From: Acidobacteriota bacterium
GTDB lineage: Bacteria > Acidobacteriota > Blastocatellia > Pyrinomonadales > Pyrinomonadaceae
Direction: 5' to 3'
Length of the DNA: 37,731 nt
Assembly (NCBI GenBank): GCA_029862725.1
Contig: JAOTWT010000001.1
Span: forward strand, 1 to 37,731
The position numbers were made by a program, and so were the translations under genes. The notes under the pieces were generated by a model. It ran no database searches. It was given only the letters and a program-made list of their open reading frames with translations, and was not told where the DNA came from. This document shows, in pieces, positions 7,944 to 16,559 of this stretch (its first letter is position 1; each line of letters opens with the position of its first letter).

Positions 7944-9437
7944 TCACTGCCAGCGCCCCTTCAGGGCCTTTGCCGGAAACTTGACCGACTGGATACCACC
8001 GAGCCTCACGCGATCAGAGTTCTTGAACGACGCGAAGGGCATAAGACCTTCGTCCAGCAACACGTTCATTCCCACATCGGTCATCTCGATCTCGGCACAA
8101 GGTTTTGATTGAGTTCCTTCGGCGGTTTTATAGACATGGACCGGAAGACCGTCGAGATCGAGTTCGTACCGGCCGCCAATTTCCCAGCCATACCTGCTGA
8201 AGCTCGCTCCGATTACCGCGGCAAACCCGAAAACCGGGTTCATCCAAAGATAGTCGTCGTGTTCAGGGCGTCCGTCACACTCCTCAAAAGAAAAGACTTC
8301 CGTCGGGTCCGTTTCCTCTCCGTAAGGCAGACGCGCGAGCAGACGAGGTGCGACCATACCGATCGATGTCGCATGTTCCGATGCCCGCAACGCGGTCCAA
8401 AGCTTGCCCTCCGCAGTGTCGGATTTCGTATCCCACGACTTATGGTCCGAATGATCGGCAAAAGAACGGATCCCGAGCATCCCGGGCCGTACGTGCGAAA
8501 CAAACGGCGAACCCGTTACTCCCGATATCGCACCGACTCGCATCAACGCGGCAACGTCCTCGACCGTGAGATCAAAATCGTATGCTCCGGCTATGACGGC
8601 CCAGGGTTCGTTCTCGTTTTCGGATGAGCCTCCCAGGAGTAGATCGGAAAGCGTGCTCGTTTCTTTTTTGATCTCCTCAATAAATCGCTCTTTTCCGATG
8701 TCGAGGACAAAGATCTTGAGTTTCGTAGAGGTTTCGATCTTGCGGCAAATCATATAAAGCCCGCGCCAAGCCGCCTCCAAAGCCCTAAAAGCCTTATCCC
8801 GCAGTATCTTGCGCATAATCCCGCCGGTCACGTCGTCAACCGCGGATATCAACTTCGCCTGCTCCTCCTCGTCGACCTTTACCAAAAAAGGATCGACGAC
8901 TTCTTTGACGAAATCTTTCAGAGGCGTTGATTTCTGCCGTTTGTAGGCGGCCGCCTCCCGTGTCCTCGAGCCCAGGATATCTTCGAGGAGCCCTTCGCCC
9001 CCCTCCACTTCTACCGGAGTTTCGATCTCTTCGGCGGGTGCCGGCTCTTCGCCCTCGTCGGAGAACCATTCTCTGACTTCCGTGGCGGCAGACTTAAAAG
9101 TGCTTTCGTTTTTAAGGCGCCCTCGAATGCTGCGAAGTTCGTCAAAAATCGCGACCGACTTAAATAAGCTGTCCGGATGAAAGTCGTCGAGCTCTCGAAA
9201 ACCGATTCCGATACCGGACGTATCCCCGGTTGAAATACTCACTTTGGGTGCAATACGGGCCATCACCTCGGTGACGTCATCGCGATCTATCTGTCTTATT
9301 CTAAATGGTTTAACGGACTCACTATGGCCCGAGAAGTCTCCCAAAACCAGGATATGGAATGGCGGATCTTCGGGTATCTCGACACCTGCCCTTTCCATCG
9401 AAACTTCCGCCTCTAAATTTGTTCTTTCAGGATTCAT
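7944..9437 (-). CDS. Solitary T6SS sheath-like protein: TssB(VipA)-like N-terminus fused to a C-terminally truncated TssC(VipB)-like body
   Basis: 497 aa. The N-terminus PPFHILVLGDFSGHSE..IDRDDVTEVM..FRELDDFHPDSL..ELRSIRGRL resembles VipA. An acidic linker follows (DEGEEPAPAEEIETPVEVEGGEG). The VipB-like part carries LLEDILG, FRALEAAWRGLYMI, WAVIAGAYDF, VAPRLLARLPYG, YLWMNPVFGFA and LDGLPVHVY. The protein ends about 115 aa before the VipB C-terminus. The comparison is to V. cholerae VipA/VipB recalled from memory. Confidence 0.7.
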   Translation of the reverse strand: MNPERTNLEAEVSMERAGVEIPEDPPFHILVLGDFSGHSESVKPFRIRQIDRDDVTEVMARIAPKVSISTGDTSGIGIGFRELDDFHPDSLFKSVAIFDELRSIRGRLKNESTFKSAATEVREWFSDEGEEPAPAEEIETPVEVEGGEGLLEDILGSRTREAAAYKRQKSTPLKDFVKEVVDPFLVKVDEEEQAKLISAVDDVTGGIMRKILRDKAFRALEAAWRGLYMICRKIETSTKLKIFVLDIGKERFIEEIKKETSTLSDLLLGGSSENENEPWAVIAGAYDFDLTVEDVAALMRVGAISGVTGSPFVSHVRPGMLGIRSFADHSDHKSWDTKSDTAEGKLWTALRASEHATSIGMVAPRLLARLPYGEETDPTEVFSFEECDGRPEHDDYLWMNPVFGFAAVIGASFSRYGWEIGGRYELDLDGLPVHVYKTAEGTQSKPCAEIEMTDVGMNVLLDEGLMPFASFKNSDRVRLGGIQSVKFPAKALKGRWQ

Positions 9438-9512
9438 ATTGTTTTCCCTTTTGATTTTTTCTCAACTATATCCTCGGGCACGACAAAATCAAGTTTTTTC
9501 TTCGGGAACACG

Positions 9513-9543
9513 AAAAAAGCGCCCGAACTCGATATTCAGGCGC
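9513..9543 (-). terminator. Rho-independent terminator (minus strand)
   Basis: The minus-strand RNA reads GCGCCUGAA-UAUCGAG-UUCGGGCGC, a 9-bp stem with one G-U pair, followed by UUUUUU. It lies about 100 nt downstream of ORF 9648..9881 and upstream of the sheath-like gene. Confidence 0.55.
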
Positions 9544-9647
9544 GAAATGAAGACCAGTCGGTCATTTGAGGGGTGATCACTAAGAACGGGCTGTTTCTCT
9601 CGGTATTGTGGTCATCTGTGGAAATTGCAATGGCAGCCAACGCCGCA

Positions 9648-9881
9648 CTAGATTTTCAATTTGTCCGTTTCGGCTAGACGAATAATCAACTGAAACGGCG
9701 GCGTCGATGGATTTGGAGGGCGACCGCTGGTCTCTTCGAAAATGATCGAAAGCTCCTCGTATTTTGTAAAAAAGCTCTCGCGGCTCACCCGCCCGATTCG
9801 AGTGCAGATTCGAAAGGCGCGCTCACCCGCCGCGTTGATCTTAAACTGGAACGCTAATTTGCTTCCCCGGTTCCCTGACAA
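9648..9881 (-). CDS. Hypothetical small protein (TTG start; the frame is open for a further 40 codons upstream)
   Basis: 77-aa ORF with non-repetitive, beta-rich-looking sequence, followed by a good terminator. No recognisable family and no clear RBS. Confidence 0.3.
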   Translation of the reverse strand: MSGNRGSKLAFQFKINAAGERAFRICTRIGRVSRESFFTKYEELSIIFEETSGRPPNPSTPPFQLIIRLAETDKLKI

Positions 9882-10325
9882 GAGTTCGTATGAACCAATA
9901 TCGATTTTCGGTATCGCACATTCGACATTGGTCCAAAGGAACTCTGCAGTATCCTGGGCAGCGCAAACTACATAAAGCCTGAGTGTTTCGGATTCCTCAC
10001 TTCAAGATTCTCTATGCTAGAGCTGCAACGCCCGACATATATTGTCCTCCAGAAAGGGTTAGATTTGGCCCGCAGGAAGACCCGCGGGTCCTAGTATTTG
10101 TAAGAAATCTGGAAGACACGTGCTGGAACGATGTAAAAGTAACACTGAACCCCGCGAGAGTCAACGATGTTAATCAATTTTAATACAATATGTGGGGTGT
10201 AAATAACGCTTGATATCTATATAGAGGGGTATGCGACGGCATTGGAACTAATCAAACCACACCCCGGCCGAACTCAAGAATTCGCTCGGAATCGATCCGC
10301 GACAGACTCCTCTCGGTAAAAGACA

Positions 10326-10601
10326 CTAGTCTTCGTTCCTGCTTCGGAAACGTTTTCTCGTCCGGTGCCCGCCACCGAAATAAGTCAGGATCAAAACCAG
10401 CAGATGCGCGGCAAACCACAGGTTTTCATAGCCCATATTCTGATAAATATAAATCAGGATCAGAATTCGGGGCACGAAAATGCCCAGCACTACATCGAGG
10501 ATATCGGGAACCGTGTTTGCCGGAAACCATCCCTGGATCAGATATACGACCAGCGTAATCCGCGGAAAAAACAGCGAAAACAGTAAAAAATAGAAATCCA
10601 T
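10326..10601 (-). CDS. Hypothetical small integral membrane protein (about 3 TM segments)
   Basis: 91 aa. The segments FYFLLFSLFFPRITLVVYLI, ILDVVLGIFVPRILILIYIY and LWFAAHLLVLILTYF are hydrophobic helices, followed by a basic C-tail. Confidence 0.5.
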   Translation of the reverse strand: MDFYFLLFSLFFPRITLVVYLIQGWFPANTVPDILDVVLGIFVPRILILIYIYQNMGYENLWFAAHLLVLILTYFGGGHRTRKRFRSRNED

Positions 10602-10604
10602 AAT

Positions 10605-10808
10605 TCAATCGTGCCTCGGATTTGTTTTGCTATAAATGATACGCGCTACAGGCTGCCGATGTTCAAAACCGTCGCGCGTTTCGATTCTCCAGCGAGTCAC
10701 TGTCACCGCGAAATAAATCCCGAAAACCCGAGTCACTTGCGCGTAGAACCGGCCGCGATCAATGAGCTGAAAAAGCGAGTTGACGCGGTTGTATTTACTT
10801 TCTATCAA
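10605..10808 (-). CDS. Hypothetical protein (weak call)
   Basis: 67-aa ORF ending 3 nt before the start of the 91-aa membrane protein, so possibly co-transcribed. No family recognised, and a competing plus-strand ORF overlaps it. Confidence 0.25.
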   Translation of the reverse strand: MIESKYNRVNSLFQLIDRGRFYAQVTRVFGIYFAVTVTRWRIETRDGFEHRQPVARIIYSKTNPRHD

Positions 10809-10966
10809 CTGGTACCCGCTATTTTCCGTGCTTATTCTCTGGATTCGGTCGTTTCAATACCGCCCGCTAAAAGGCCGCGTGGAAATTAGGGCGGACAAGA
10901 TTCTCGCGTAGGATCCCGTTCTGTAAATGTATGATAATCTTGCGTTTTCAAAAGGAGACGCACGAT

Positions 10967-11731
10967 ATGATTATAAAAGTTGCAATCATAGCTCTTTCGT
11001 TGGCACTGACAGCCGGTTGCCTGGACGCGGGGAACGAGAATTCAACCGGCGAAACCGCTAATCCCGAGTCCGGTTCATCAGACTCGAAACCTACAGTTGC
11101 GGATAATAAAGAAACAAGCGAAGCTGGTCTTTGCGCCAATGAATACTACCCGATCAATTCAGAAACCAAGCGAAAATACTTGGTCACAGGTGAAATTCCC
11201 GGTAATTACATTCTCTCCCAAAAAGATGTAAAACCGGATTCGTTTTCCGAGCTGCGTGATTTCGGTTCCGGTTTGAAGGTCGATGTTAACTGGATTTGCA
11301 CAGAGGACGGTCTACGGACCGCCGAATTTACCAACACTGCAAGTTTTATGAAAGGAAACTTCAAAATGGAAACTTTGGAGAGTTCGGGTATAACGTTGCC
11401 AAAAGTTTGGGAAAACGGAAAAGAATGGGAGTCCACATACAAAATCAAAGCAAATCTTTCTGCCGGTCCCGCGTCCGGGGCAGCGACAGGCACGGTTACC
11501 ATTACAAGCAAGATCGCATCGATGAACGACCGCGTAAAGGTCGGCGGTAAAGAATACGAGGCGGCAAAGGTCGATAACGTAATGAGAATGGACCTGAGTA
11601 TGAATGGAAGAAAGATACCTTCAAGGGACGTAAAAATGACGAACTGGATGTCGAAGGAAATTGGACTTGTGAAACAGTCCGCCAACACCCAGTTCGGAAA
11701 ATCGGGGATTGAATATATCGGCAAAGAATAA
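10967..11731 (+). CDS. Hypothetical exported protein or lipoprotein
   Basis: The start was moved to the ATG at 10967, 9 nt after AAGGAG. MIIKVAIIALSLALTAGC is a signal peptide with a lipobox-like TAGC. The mature part is beta-rich and matches no family I recognise. Confidence 0.7.
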   Translation: MIIKVAIIALSLALTAGCLDAGNENSTGETANPESGSSDSKPTVADNKETSEAGLCANEYYPINSETKRKYLVTGEIPGNYILSQKDVKPDSFSELRDFGSGLKVDVNWICTEDGLRTAEFTNTASFMKGNFKMETLESSGITLPKVWENGKEWESTYKIKANLSAGPASGAATGTVTITSKIASMNDRVKVGGKEYEAAKVDNVMRMDLSMNGRKIPSRDVKMTNWMSKEIGLVKQSANTQFGKSGIEYIGKE

Positions 11732-11895
11732 AAACCTCATGTACGCGATAATGAGTATCAATTATCCCGGCACTATTCAGCGTTCGCGCGGTCCTTGTGT
11801 CCCGGTTTCAAAATGGGATCTACTGCCGCGATGATCTTAAGATGAGGATTTCAAAATTTATCTGAGATGCAAATGAATTAATACTGGACAGCGGG

Positions 11896-12513
11896 ATGTC
11901 TGATTGCGCAAACCATATAGCTAACCTGAGAGCGACCATCCACTCAGAATCGTTTCAGCCCGGACAGGCTTTGACCGCGGCCCGGGAACTCGACTTTACC
12001 CTGCAGGCCGCGGCTCAGGCCATCGAAACGCTGAACAACGAGGAAAAGGAGTCCAACCCATCGATTGACGGGATCGCAACGATTGTAGGTTTGTCCGTTG
12101 CAAGTGCGTCGGCGGTGATCGTCGCGTATTTTCTAAATGGCTACAGCTCTGCCGCTCAACAGCAGATGTTATCGATGGTCTACAAAATGAATCTCGATTT
12201 GGCCGAGATTGTCGAACGTATTCGCGGGGACGAAAAACTTTACCGGAAGCTGGGAAACGAATTCGAACTGTTTGCAGAGGCGATAGCGTTGCTGATTCAG
12301 CGTCTTCAAGGCCAGTCAGGGATGTTTCCTCCGACCGGACCTTATGTAAAAGGGCTGATAGACGTCATTGAATCTATCAAATCGAGTCTTACCTATTACT
12401 TGCTCGTCGCAGACCCCGAAGATCCCGAAGGTCAGGGGCCTATGTTTGAAGCGCTAGTGGGACAAAACGGCATGCTGCCGAACATTCTTCGAACGCTCAG
12501 GACCCGATGCTGA
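11896..12513 (+). CDS. Hypothetical protein with one central hydrophobic segment
   Basis: 205-aa ORF with helical, non-repetitive sequence and the hydrophobic stretch IATIVGLSVASASAVIVAYFL. No family recognised. Confidence 0.5.
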   Translation: MSDCANHIANLRATIHSESFQPGQALTAARELDFTLQAAAQAIETLNNEEKESNPSIDGIATIVGLSVASASAVIVAYFLNGYSSAAQQQMLSMVYKMNLDLAEIVERIRGDEKLYRKLGNEFELFAEAIALLIQRLQGQSGMFPPTGPYVKGLIDVIESIKSSLTYYLLVADPEDPEGQGPMFEALVGQNGMLPNILRTLRTRC

Positions 12514-12647
12514 TGTCTCCCAGTTCGACGCCGGGGTTTTTCATTCCACCGGCACATTTTTTGAACGGCGAGCCAGTGAAATAACGCTTTTCGGGATGAC
12601 ATCACGGAGTTATAATAGAGATGTCTAGGAGCTCAAGGAGTATTAAT

Positions 12648-13028
12648 ATGCTTGAACCGGTCGAACCAGTCGCTACAATCGAGCCCATGAATTGGGGCGA
12701 ATTTCTAAACGAGTTTGCGATGCGCAATTATAACCGCCGAGCCCGTTTTGATGTCTATCGGGTAAACGGGGACGTGGAAGAAGAAGAAAAAGAAGCGCGT
12801 CTCGAAGGCCTCGCCTTGAGAGATGGCGGCAAAAGAAAGAACATCGAAGTGATAAGAATCGATCGCTCTGAAAAGCACGCCGACAAGATCAAGGATATTA
12901 TTCCAAACGTGATCGGAGTTGCCGTTCAGTACGATACCGACGGCAGCGAGGGCGCTCTGGAAATCACCGACAGCGAAAATACATTGATCAGCCTCCGGCT
13001 CGAATCAAGGGTCGACGGGGTTTCGTAA
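12648..13028 (+). CDS. Hypothetical protein, possibly DUF5335-like
   Basis: The start was moved to the ATG at 12648, 7 nt after AAGGAG. The pattern W..F...F...N..R at the N-terminus, then L.GL, then IEVI, then ALEI.D....I.L.L resembles DUF5335 as I recall it. This assignment is tentative. Confidence 0.55.
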   Translation: MLEPVEPVATIEPMNWGEFLNEFAMRNYNRRARFDVYRVNGDVEEEEKEARLEGLALRDGGKRKNIEVIRIDRSEKHADKIKDIIPNVIGVAVQYDTDGSEGALEITDSENTLISLRLESRVDGVS

Positions 13029-13085
13029 TCGAGATACCCTGCCTCCCTTGGACGATCCCGTTGCGCATATTCTGATCATAACAAA

Positions 13086-13649
13086 CTAACTTTCAATCTT
13101 CGTCTTTGTGTGCCGGAGGAGTTGTTCCTCATATTGGACAACTCGTTCTTCACCCAGAAGATCTCCGAGTCGATAAATCCACGCGTCGACCCCAAATGGT
13201 TTCTTCATCACAAGCTGCAAATTTTGGCCCTGATTTCTGTTCTGAAGAAGAAGGGTCTTCAGGCCGGTAACTATGTCTTCGGGCATTCCGATGGCGCTCA
13301 TCGTGGATATTCTCCATTTGTTGACCACGTAGGCTGCCTCGGTTTCCTCACGCCGCTGCTGTTGATCGGCCTGATCTACAAAATAAATCAACACGAAAAA
13401 GGAGGCAGCGGCGGCGACAATTAATCCCGCAATCAAGAATGCCGGAAAATAGGGCAAAAACCCGAAAACAAAACTTATGAGCAGCAGAAACAGAAAGGCG
13501 ATCGCTATAACCGTAATGCCTGCAAACAAATTGGCGAGTTCATCTGCGTACAATGTCAATGCGCGCGGCGAGGCTTTTTCGACCTTTACTGAAGCCACAT
13601 CGGGAGTCACGACAGATTCTTGTGTCTTTGTTTGACCAACTTCCTTCAT
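13086..13649 (-). CDS. Hypothetical membrane protein (2 TM), co-transcribed with the 666-aa gene
   Basis: 187 aa with GGAG 7 nt upstream of the ATG and only 36 nt after the upstream stop. The TM hairpin is LFAGITVIAIAFLFLLLISFVF / FLIAGLIVAAAASFFVLIYF, followed by a soluble C-terminal domain. Confidence 0.65.
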   Translation of the reverse strand: MKEVGQTKTQESVVTPDVASVKVEKASPRALTLYADELANLFAGITVIAIAFLFLLLISFVFGFLPYFPAFLIAGLIVAAAASFFVLIYFVDQADQQQRREETEAAYVVNKWRISTMSAIGMPEDIVTGLKTLLLQNRNQGQNLQLVMKKPFGVDAWIYRLGDLLGEERVVQYEEQLLRHTKTKIES

Positions 13650-13685
13650 ATTTAATCTCCACGGGTCTGACTCAGATACTGGCTA

Positions 13686-15686
13686 TTATTTGCGCGAAAC
13701 ACGCGTGTACCTAAGAATCAAGGGCCTCCACTTCTTCCACGTTTTTTCACCGGCTACTCCGCTCAACTCTCCGGCGAGCTGTTTGCGATCCATGGCCGTT
13801 CCGCGTACTACCATGTTACCGAGCCGGTCGAGCATCCGCCTTTCGAACGGGTCCGGCCCGTTTTTCCCTCTCCTGGAAATCTCGCGCTCTATCTGCCTCA
13901 ATGCGACCACACTGATCGCGTATCGTTCGGGCGAAAATAGTACACGCGCCTGCGTAACAAGATTCTTCCCGTTACGGCCTGCCTGATTTCTCCAGTTCTC
14001 GACCGATATTTCTTTTGTTTCCTCCGCAACCTCGCTCGTAAGTTTTGCGATCCCGTAGGTATTTTCCGCGACCCTGTATGTATCCTCGGCAACCTTTTTT
14101 GTGGCATTCGTTTTACCAAAGACCGTTCTCGCCGCAACAGAATCATCGGGTCTGCCAACTCTCCCGTCAATATCGCCAACCTGTCTCGAAACGGCGCCGA
14201 TGTTCTCGTTCAAAGCCGATACCTGACTATCAAAACTACTGCCCACCCGCGAGATTTCCCCAAAAAGATTACCGTTTGGGTTGACTTGCGGCGGATTTCC
14301 AATTCTCTGCATGACGTCCTTAAACTCGCCGCTGTAATCATTCGGGGCTTCGAGCTTTTTGTAGATACTGTCAAGTGCACGAACCACCGGGTCCAATTCG
14401 ACAACCGTAGTTCCGCCCGGTGCGATCTCGAGGTTGCTCACGCTCCGGTTCAGTTTCTCGACGCTGTCAGCGACTCTCTCGAAGGCCTTTGCGCTCGCAC
14501 CGTTTCGAGCGAATTCATTCGAAACGGCGGGTGCGGGCTCTGCCTGAGCCTGGTTTGGACTTTTCTGGTGATCGAATTGGTTTCCGGCTAAGGCCACGGA
14601 TCCGATGCCAACCGCCGAAACCGCCGCCACCAGGGTCGGTACTGCAATCGATGGTCCTGCAAGCGTTTGACCGGATGCAAATAAATCCTGGATACGCTGA
14701 CCCAGACTTTCCGTATATCCGGAAAGAAAGAAGATGCCTGTCAGAGGCTGAACGATTACGTACAAAAGCGACGAGAGCACTATAAAGCCGAGGATAATGT
14801 TGACCAAGGTGTAAATGATATTCAGCGGGCCGTCTTCATCTAAAATATAAACTGCCAGCGCGTTCCAACCCTGTGGCTTTATCCTTGAACCCAAACGCTC
14901 ATCAGAATCCGATATTTGTTTGAATACTGCGCCAAATTTATTCGAAAGCTCACCGATCTCTTTCTTATACCCGGTGATCGAATCTTCGATTTCGGGGTTC
15001 CTGAAATTCGCGCTTAATGCCTGAAATAAAGTGTCCTTGTCGACGGGTTCCTTGTACTTGCTCTTTAGTCCCTCAAGACTATTGATCAGGCTGGCGCGGG
15101 CATTGAAACTCTGGGGAACATTAATGCTGATGCGGGAGTTTCGCACGGAGGCGTCTTTGGCACTTTGCTTCGCCTGCAGATCCGAGATTAGGGATTCAAT
15201 ATCGACGCTTGTCGTCGAATCAGTGGTATCGGTCCGATACTGGTTAAGCATCTCAAACTTGTTTCTGAGTCTTTCGAGCTCCAGCCCATCGATTCTCGTC
15301 CGAAGAAAATTCTGTTTGTTATCGCGCTGTGCAATTAGTCTTTCCGTAAGTCGGTTTTTCAAATCGCCGACATCATTCAATTTAAGCTGGTTCAGGTCGA
15401 GCAGCCCCAATTCCAGAATGTTCATTTGATCCGGCGCTAACGATTGTTCGGGAGCAATAAGGTTTTGGATTTCCGATACTGAAAAGCGCCCGGTATCAGC
15501 CTCTTTGGAATCCTCAGGACCTTTTTCGCCTACGATAATGATCGGCATTGGTTTGTCGTTGTGAAATTCCCGATCCTGTTGCCATACCCAGAGAAGCGCC
15601 GTCAATGAGATCAGGAAAACCAATACGAATTGGAGATTCCTCGAAAGCAAGCCGATCGCTTTTTTAGTCGTTTCTTTATTCCACAT
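13686..15686 (-). CDS. Hypothetical large membrane protein with coiled-coil-like regions
   Basis: 666 aa. There is an N-terminal TM (aa 18-35), a helical heptad-like region of about 250 aa, and two central hydrophobic segments (aa ~288-320 and ~344-367). A C-terminal region of about 300 aa carries reiterated short motifs (SQVSALNENIGAVSRQVGDIDGRVG; AEDTYRVAENTYGIAKLTSEVAEETKEI) and a basic tail. No family recognised. Confidence 0.75.
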   Translation of the reverse strand: MWNKETTKKAIGLLSRNLQFVLVFLISLTALLWVWQQDREFHNDKPMPIIIVGEKGPEDSKEADTGRFSVSEIQNLIAPEQSLAPDQMNILELGLLDLNQLKLNDVGDLKNRLTERLIAQRDNKQNFLRTRIDGLELERLRNKFEMLNQYRTDTTDSTTSVDIESLISDLQAKQSAKDASVRNSRISINVPQSFNARASLINSLEGLKSKYKEPVDKDTLFQALSANFRNPEIEDSITGYKKEIGELSNKFGAVFKQISDSDERLGSRIKPQGWNALAVYILDEDGPLNIIYTLVNIILGFIVLSSLLYVIVQPLTGIFFLSGYTESLGQRIQDLFASGQTLAGPSIAVPTLVAAVSAVGIGSVALAGNQFDHQKSPNQAQAEPAPAVSNEFARNGASAKAFERVADSVEKLNRSVSNLEIAPGGTTVVELDPVVRALDSIYKKLEAPNDYSGEFKDVMQRIGNPPQVNPNGNLFGEISRVGSSFDSQVSALNENIGAVSRQVGDIDGRVGRPDDSVAARTVFGKTNATKKVAEDTYRVAENTYGIAKLTSEVAEETKEISVENWRNQAGRNGKNLVTQARVLFSPERYAISVVALRQIEREISRRGKNGPDPFERRMLDRLGNMVVRGTAMDRKQLAGELSGVAGEKTWKKWRPLILRYTRVSRK

Positions 15687-15764
15687 ACCAAGCCCCTTTC
15701 ACACGCGATTAACAAATGTCTACGATTAGTTGCGAAAAAGCAAGAATATTCACAAACCCCTTCG

Positions 15765-15778
15765 GCGCCCGCGGGCGC
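15765..15778. promoter_or_regulatory. Perfect 14-bp GC palindrome GCGCCCGCGGGCGC upstream of the 666-aa gene
   Basis: Read directly. It lies about 80 bp upstream of the start at 15686, in a 317-bp divergent intergenic region. Function is unknown; it could be an operator or a hairpin. Confidence 0.25.
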
Positions 15779-16003
15779 AAAGCCCGGACGAATCGGAACA
15801 TGATCTCCTAAAAATCAGTTTTTTTTTGTGATCTTACTCTAAAAGTGTGAAAATGTATTGGTTTTTTTGTCGTAGGAGCCTTTTACCTCTGTCGTCGTGT
15901 ATCTAAACTATCGCTCCCGGCAGAGGCTTTTCGGTGCACAAATCGAAAAAACGGGCGGAAGATTGAGGAAACCCGGATGCGCATAGAAGCGTTAATTGGA
16001 TAA

Positions 16004-16441
16004 ATGACCAAATTCAGGAAAAAACTCCTCGGAATTCTCACCGCATGGCCCTTCGCCTATATGTTCTTGTTCTTTCTTTTTGTCCTGGCGGCAATTGTTC
16101 TTGCGCCCGGGGGCGACGGATTTGCGGTACTGTTCGCGCTTGTATTGCCCATACACTTCCTGACGATTTTATTGATCATCGGACTGCAGATCTTTTATCT
16201 GATCGATGTTTTTAAAAACGATCGCGTTAAAAAAGATCACAAGGTAGTCTGGGTCATCGCCTTGTTCCTCGGTGGTCTTTTCGCGATGCCCGTTTACTGG
16301 TACATGAACATTTGGAAGGAGAGTAAGGGTCCCGATCCTCCCGGCCTCGCGCCGGGAGACAGCTTTGATCCCGCACGTGAGACCGCGTGGGAGACAAGTA
16401 CAGGCGAACCCGTCCCGCCGGAGCCGCACAGTTGGCGGTAG
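16004..16441 (+). CDS. PLDc_N-type small membrane protein
   Basis: 145 aa with 3-4 TM segments. KDHKVVWVIALFLGGLFAMPVYWYM matches the PLD nuclease N-terminal (PLDc_N) motif style. Confidence 0.65.
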   Translation: MTKFRKKLLGILTAWPFAYMFLFFLFVLAAIVLAPGGDGFAVLFALVLPIHFLTILLIIGLQIFYLIDVFKNDRVKKDHKVVWVIALFLGGLFAMPVYWYMNIWKESKGPDPPGLAPGDSFDPARETAWETSTGEPVPPEPHSWR

Positions 16442-16559
16442 AACGATCGGTTCCCGTCGTCCCGGACGGCCAGGCCTGAGATATTTCTGAAAAATTAAAG
16501 GGACAACAGTCTGCAGATATTCCGGCATCAGAAAAGCCATCATATAGATTTGAGATTTT

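Noticed and set aside
10194-10265. tRNA-like element: GGGGTGT and ACACCCC can pair as a 7-bp acceptor-like stem spanning 72 nt.
   Set aside because: No T-loop (GTTCRANNC) and no D-loop GG are present, and no consistent anticodon or D stems form on either strand. The pairing is probably fortuitous.
7944-16441. A complete or degenerate T6SS or contractile-injection locus around the sheath-like gene.
   Set aside because: None of the neighbouring ORFs resembles Hcp or tube proteins, VgrG/spike, PAAR, baseplate (TssE/F/G/K), membrane complex or ClpV. Only the single sheath-like gene can be supported.
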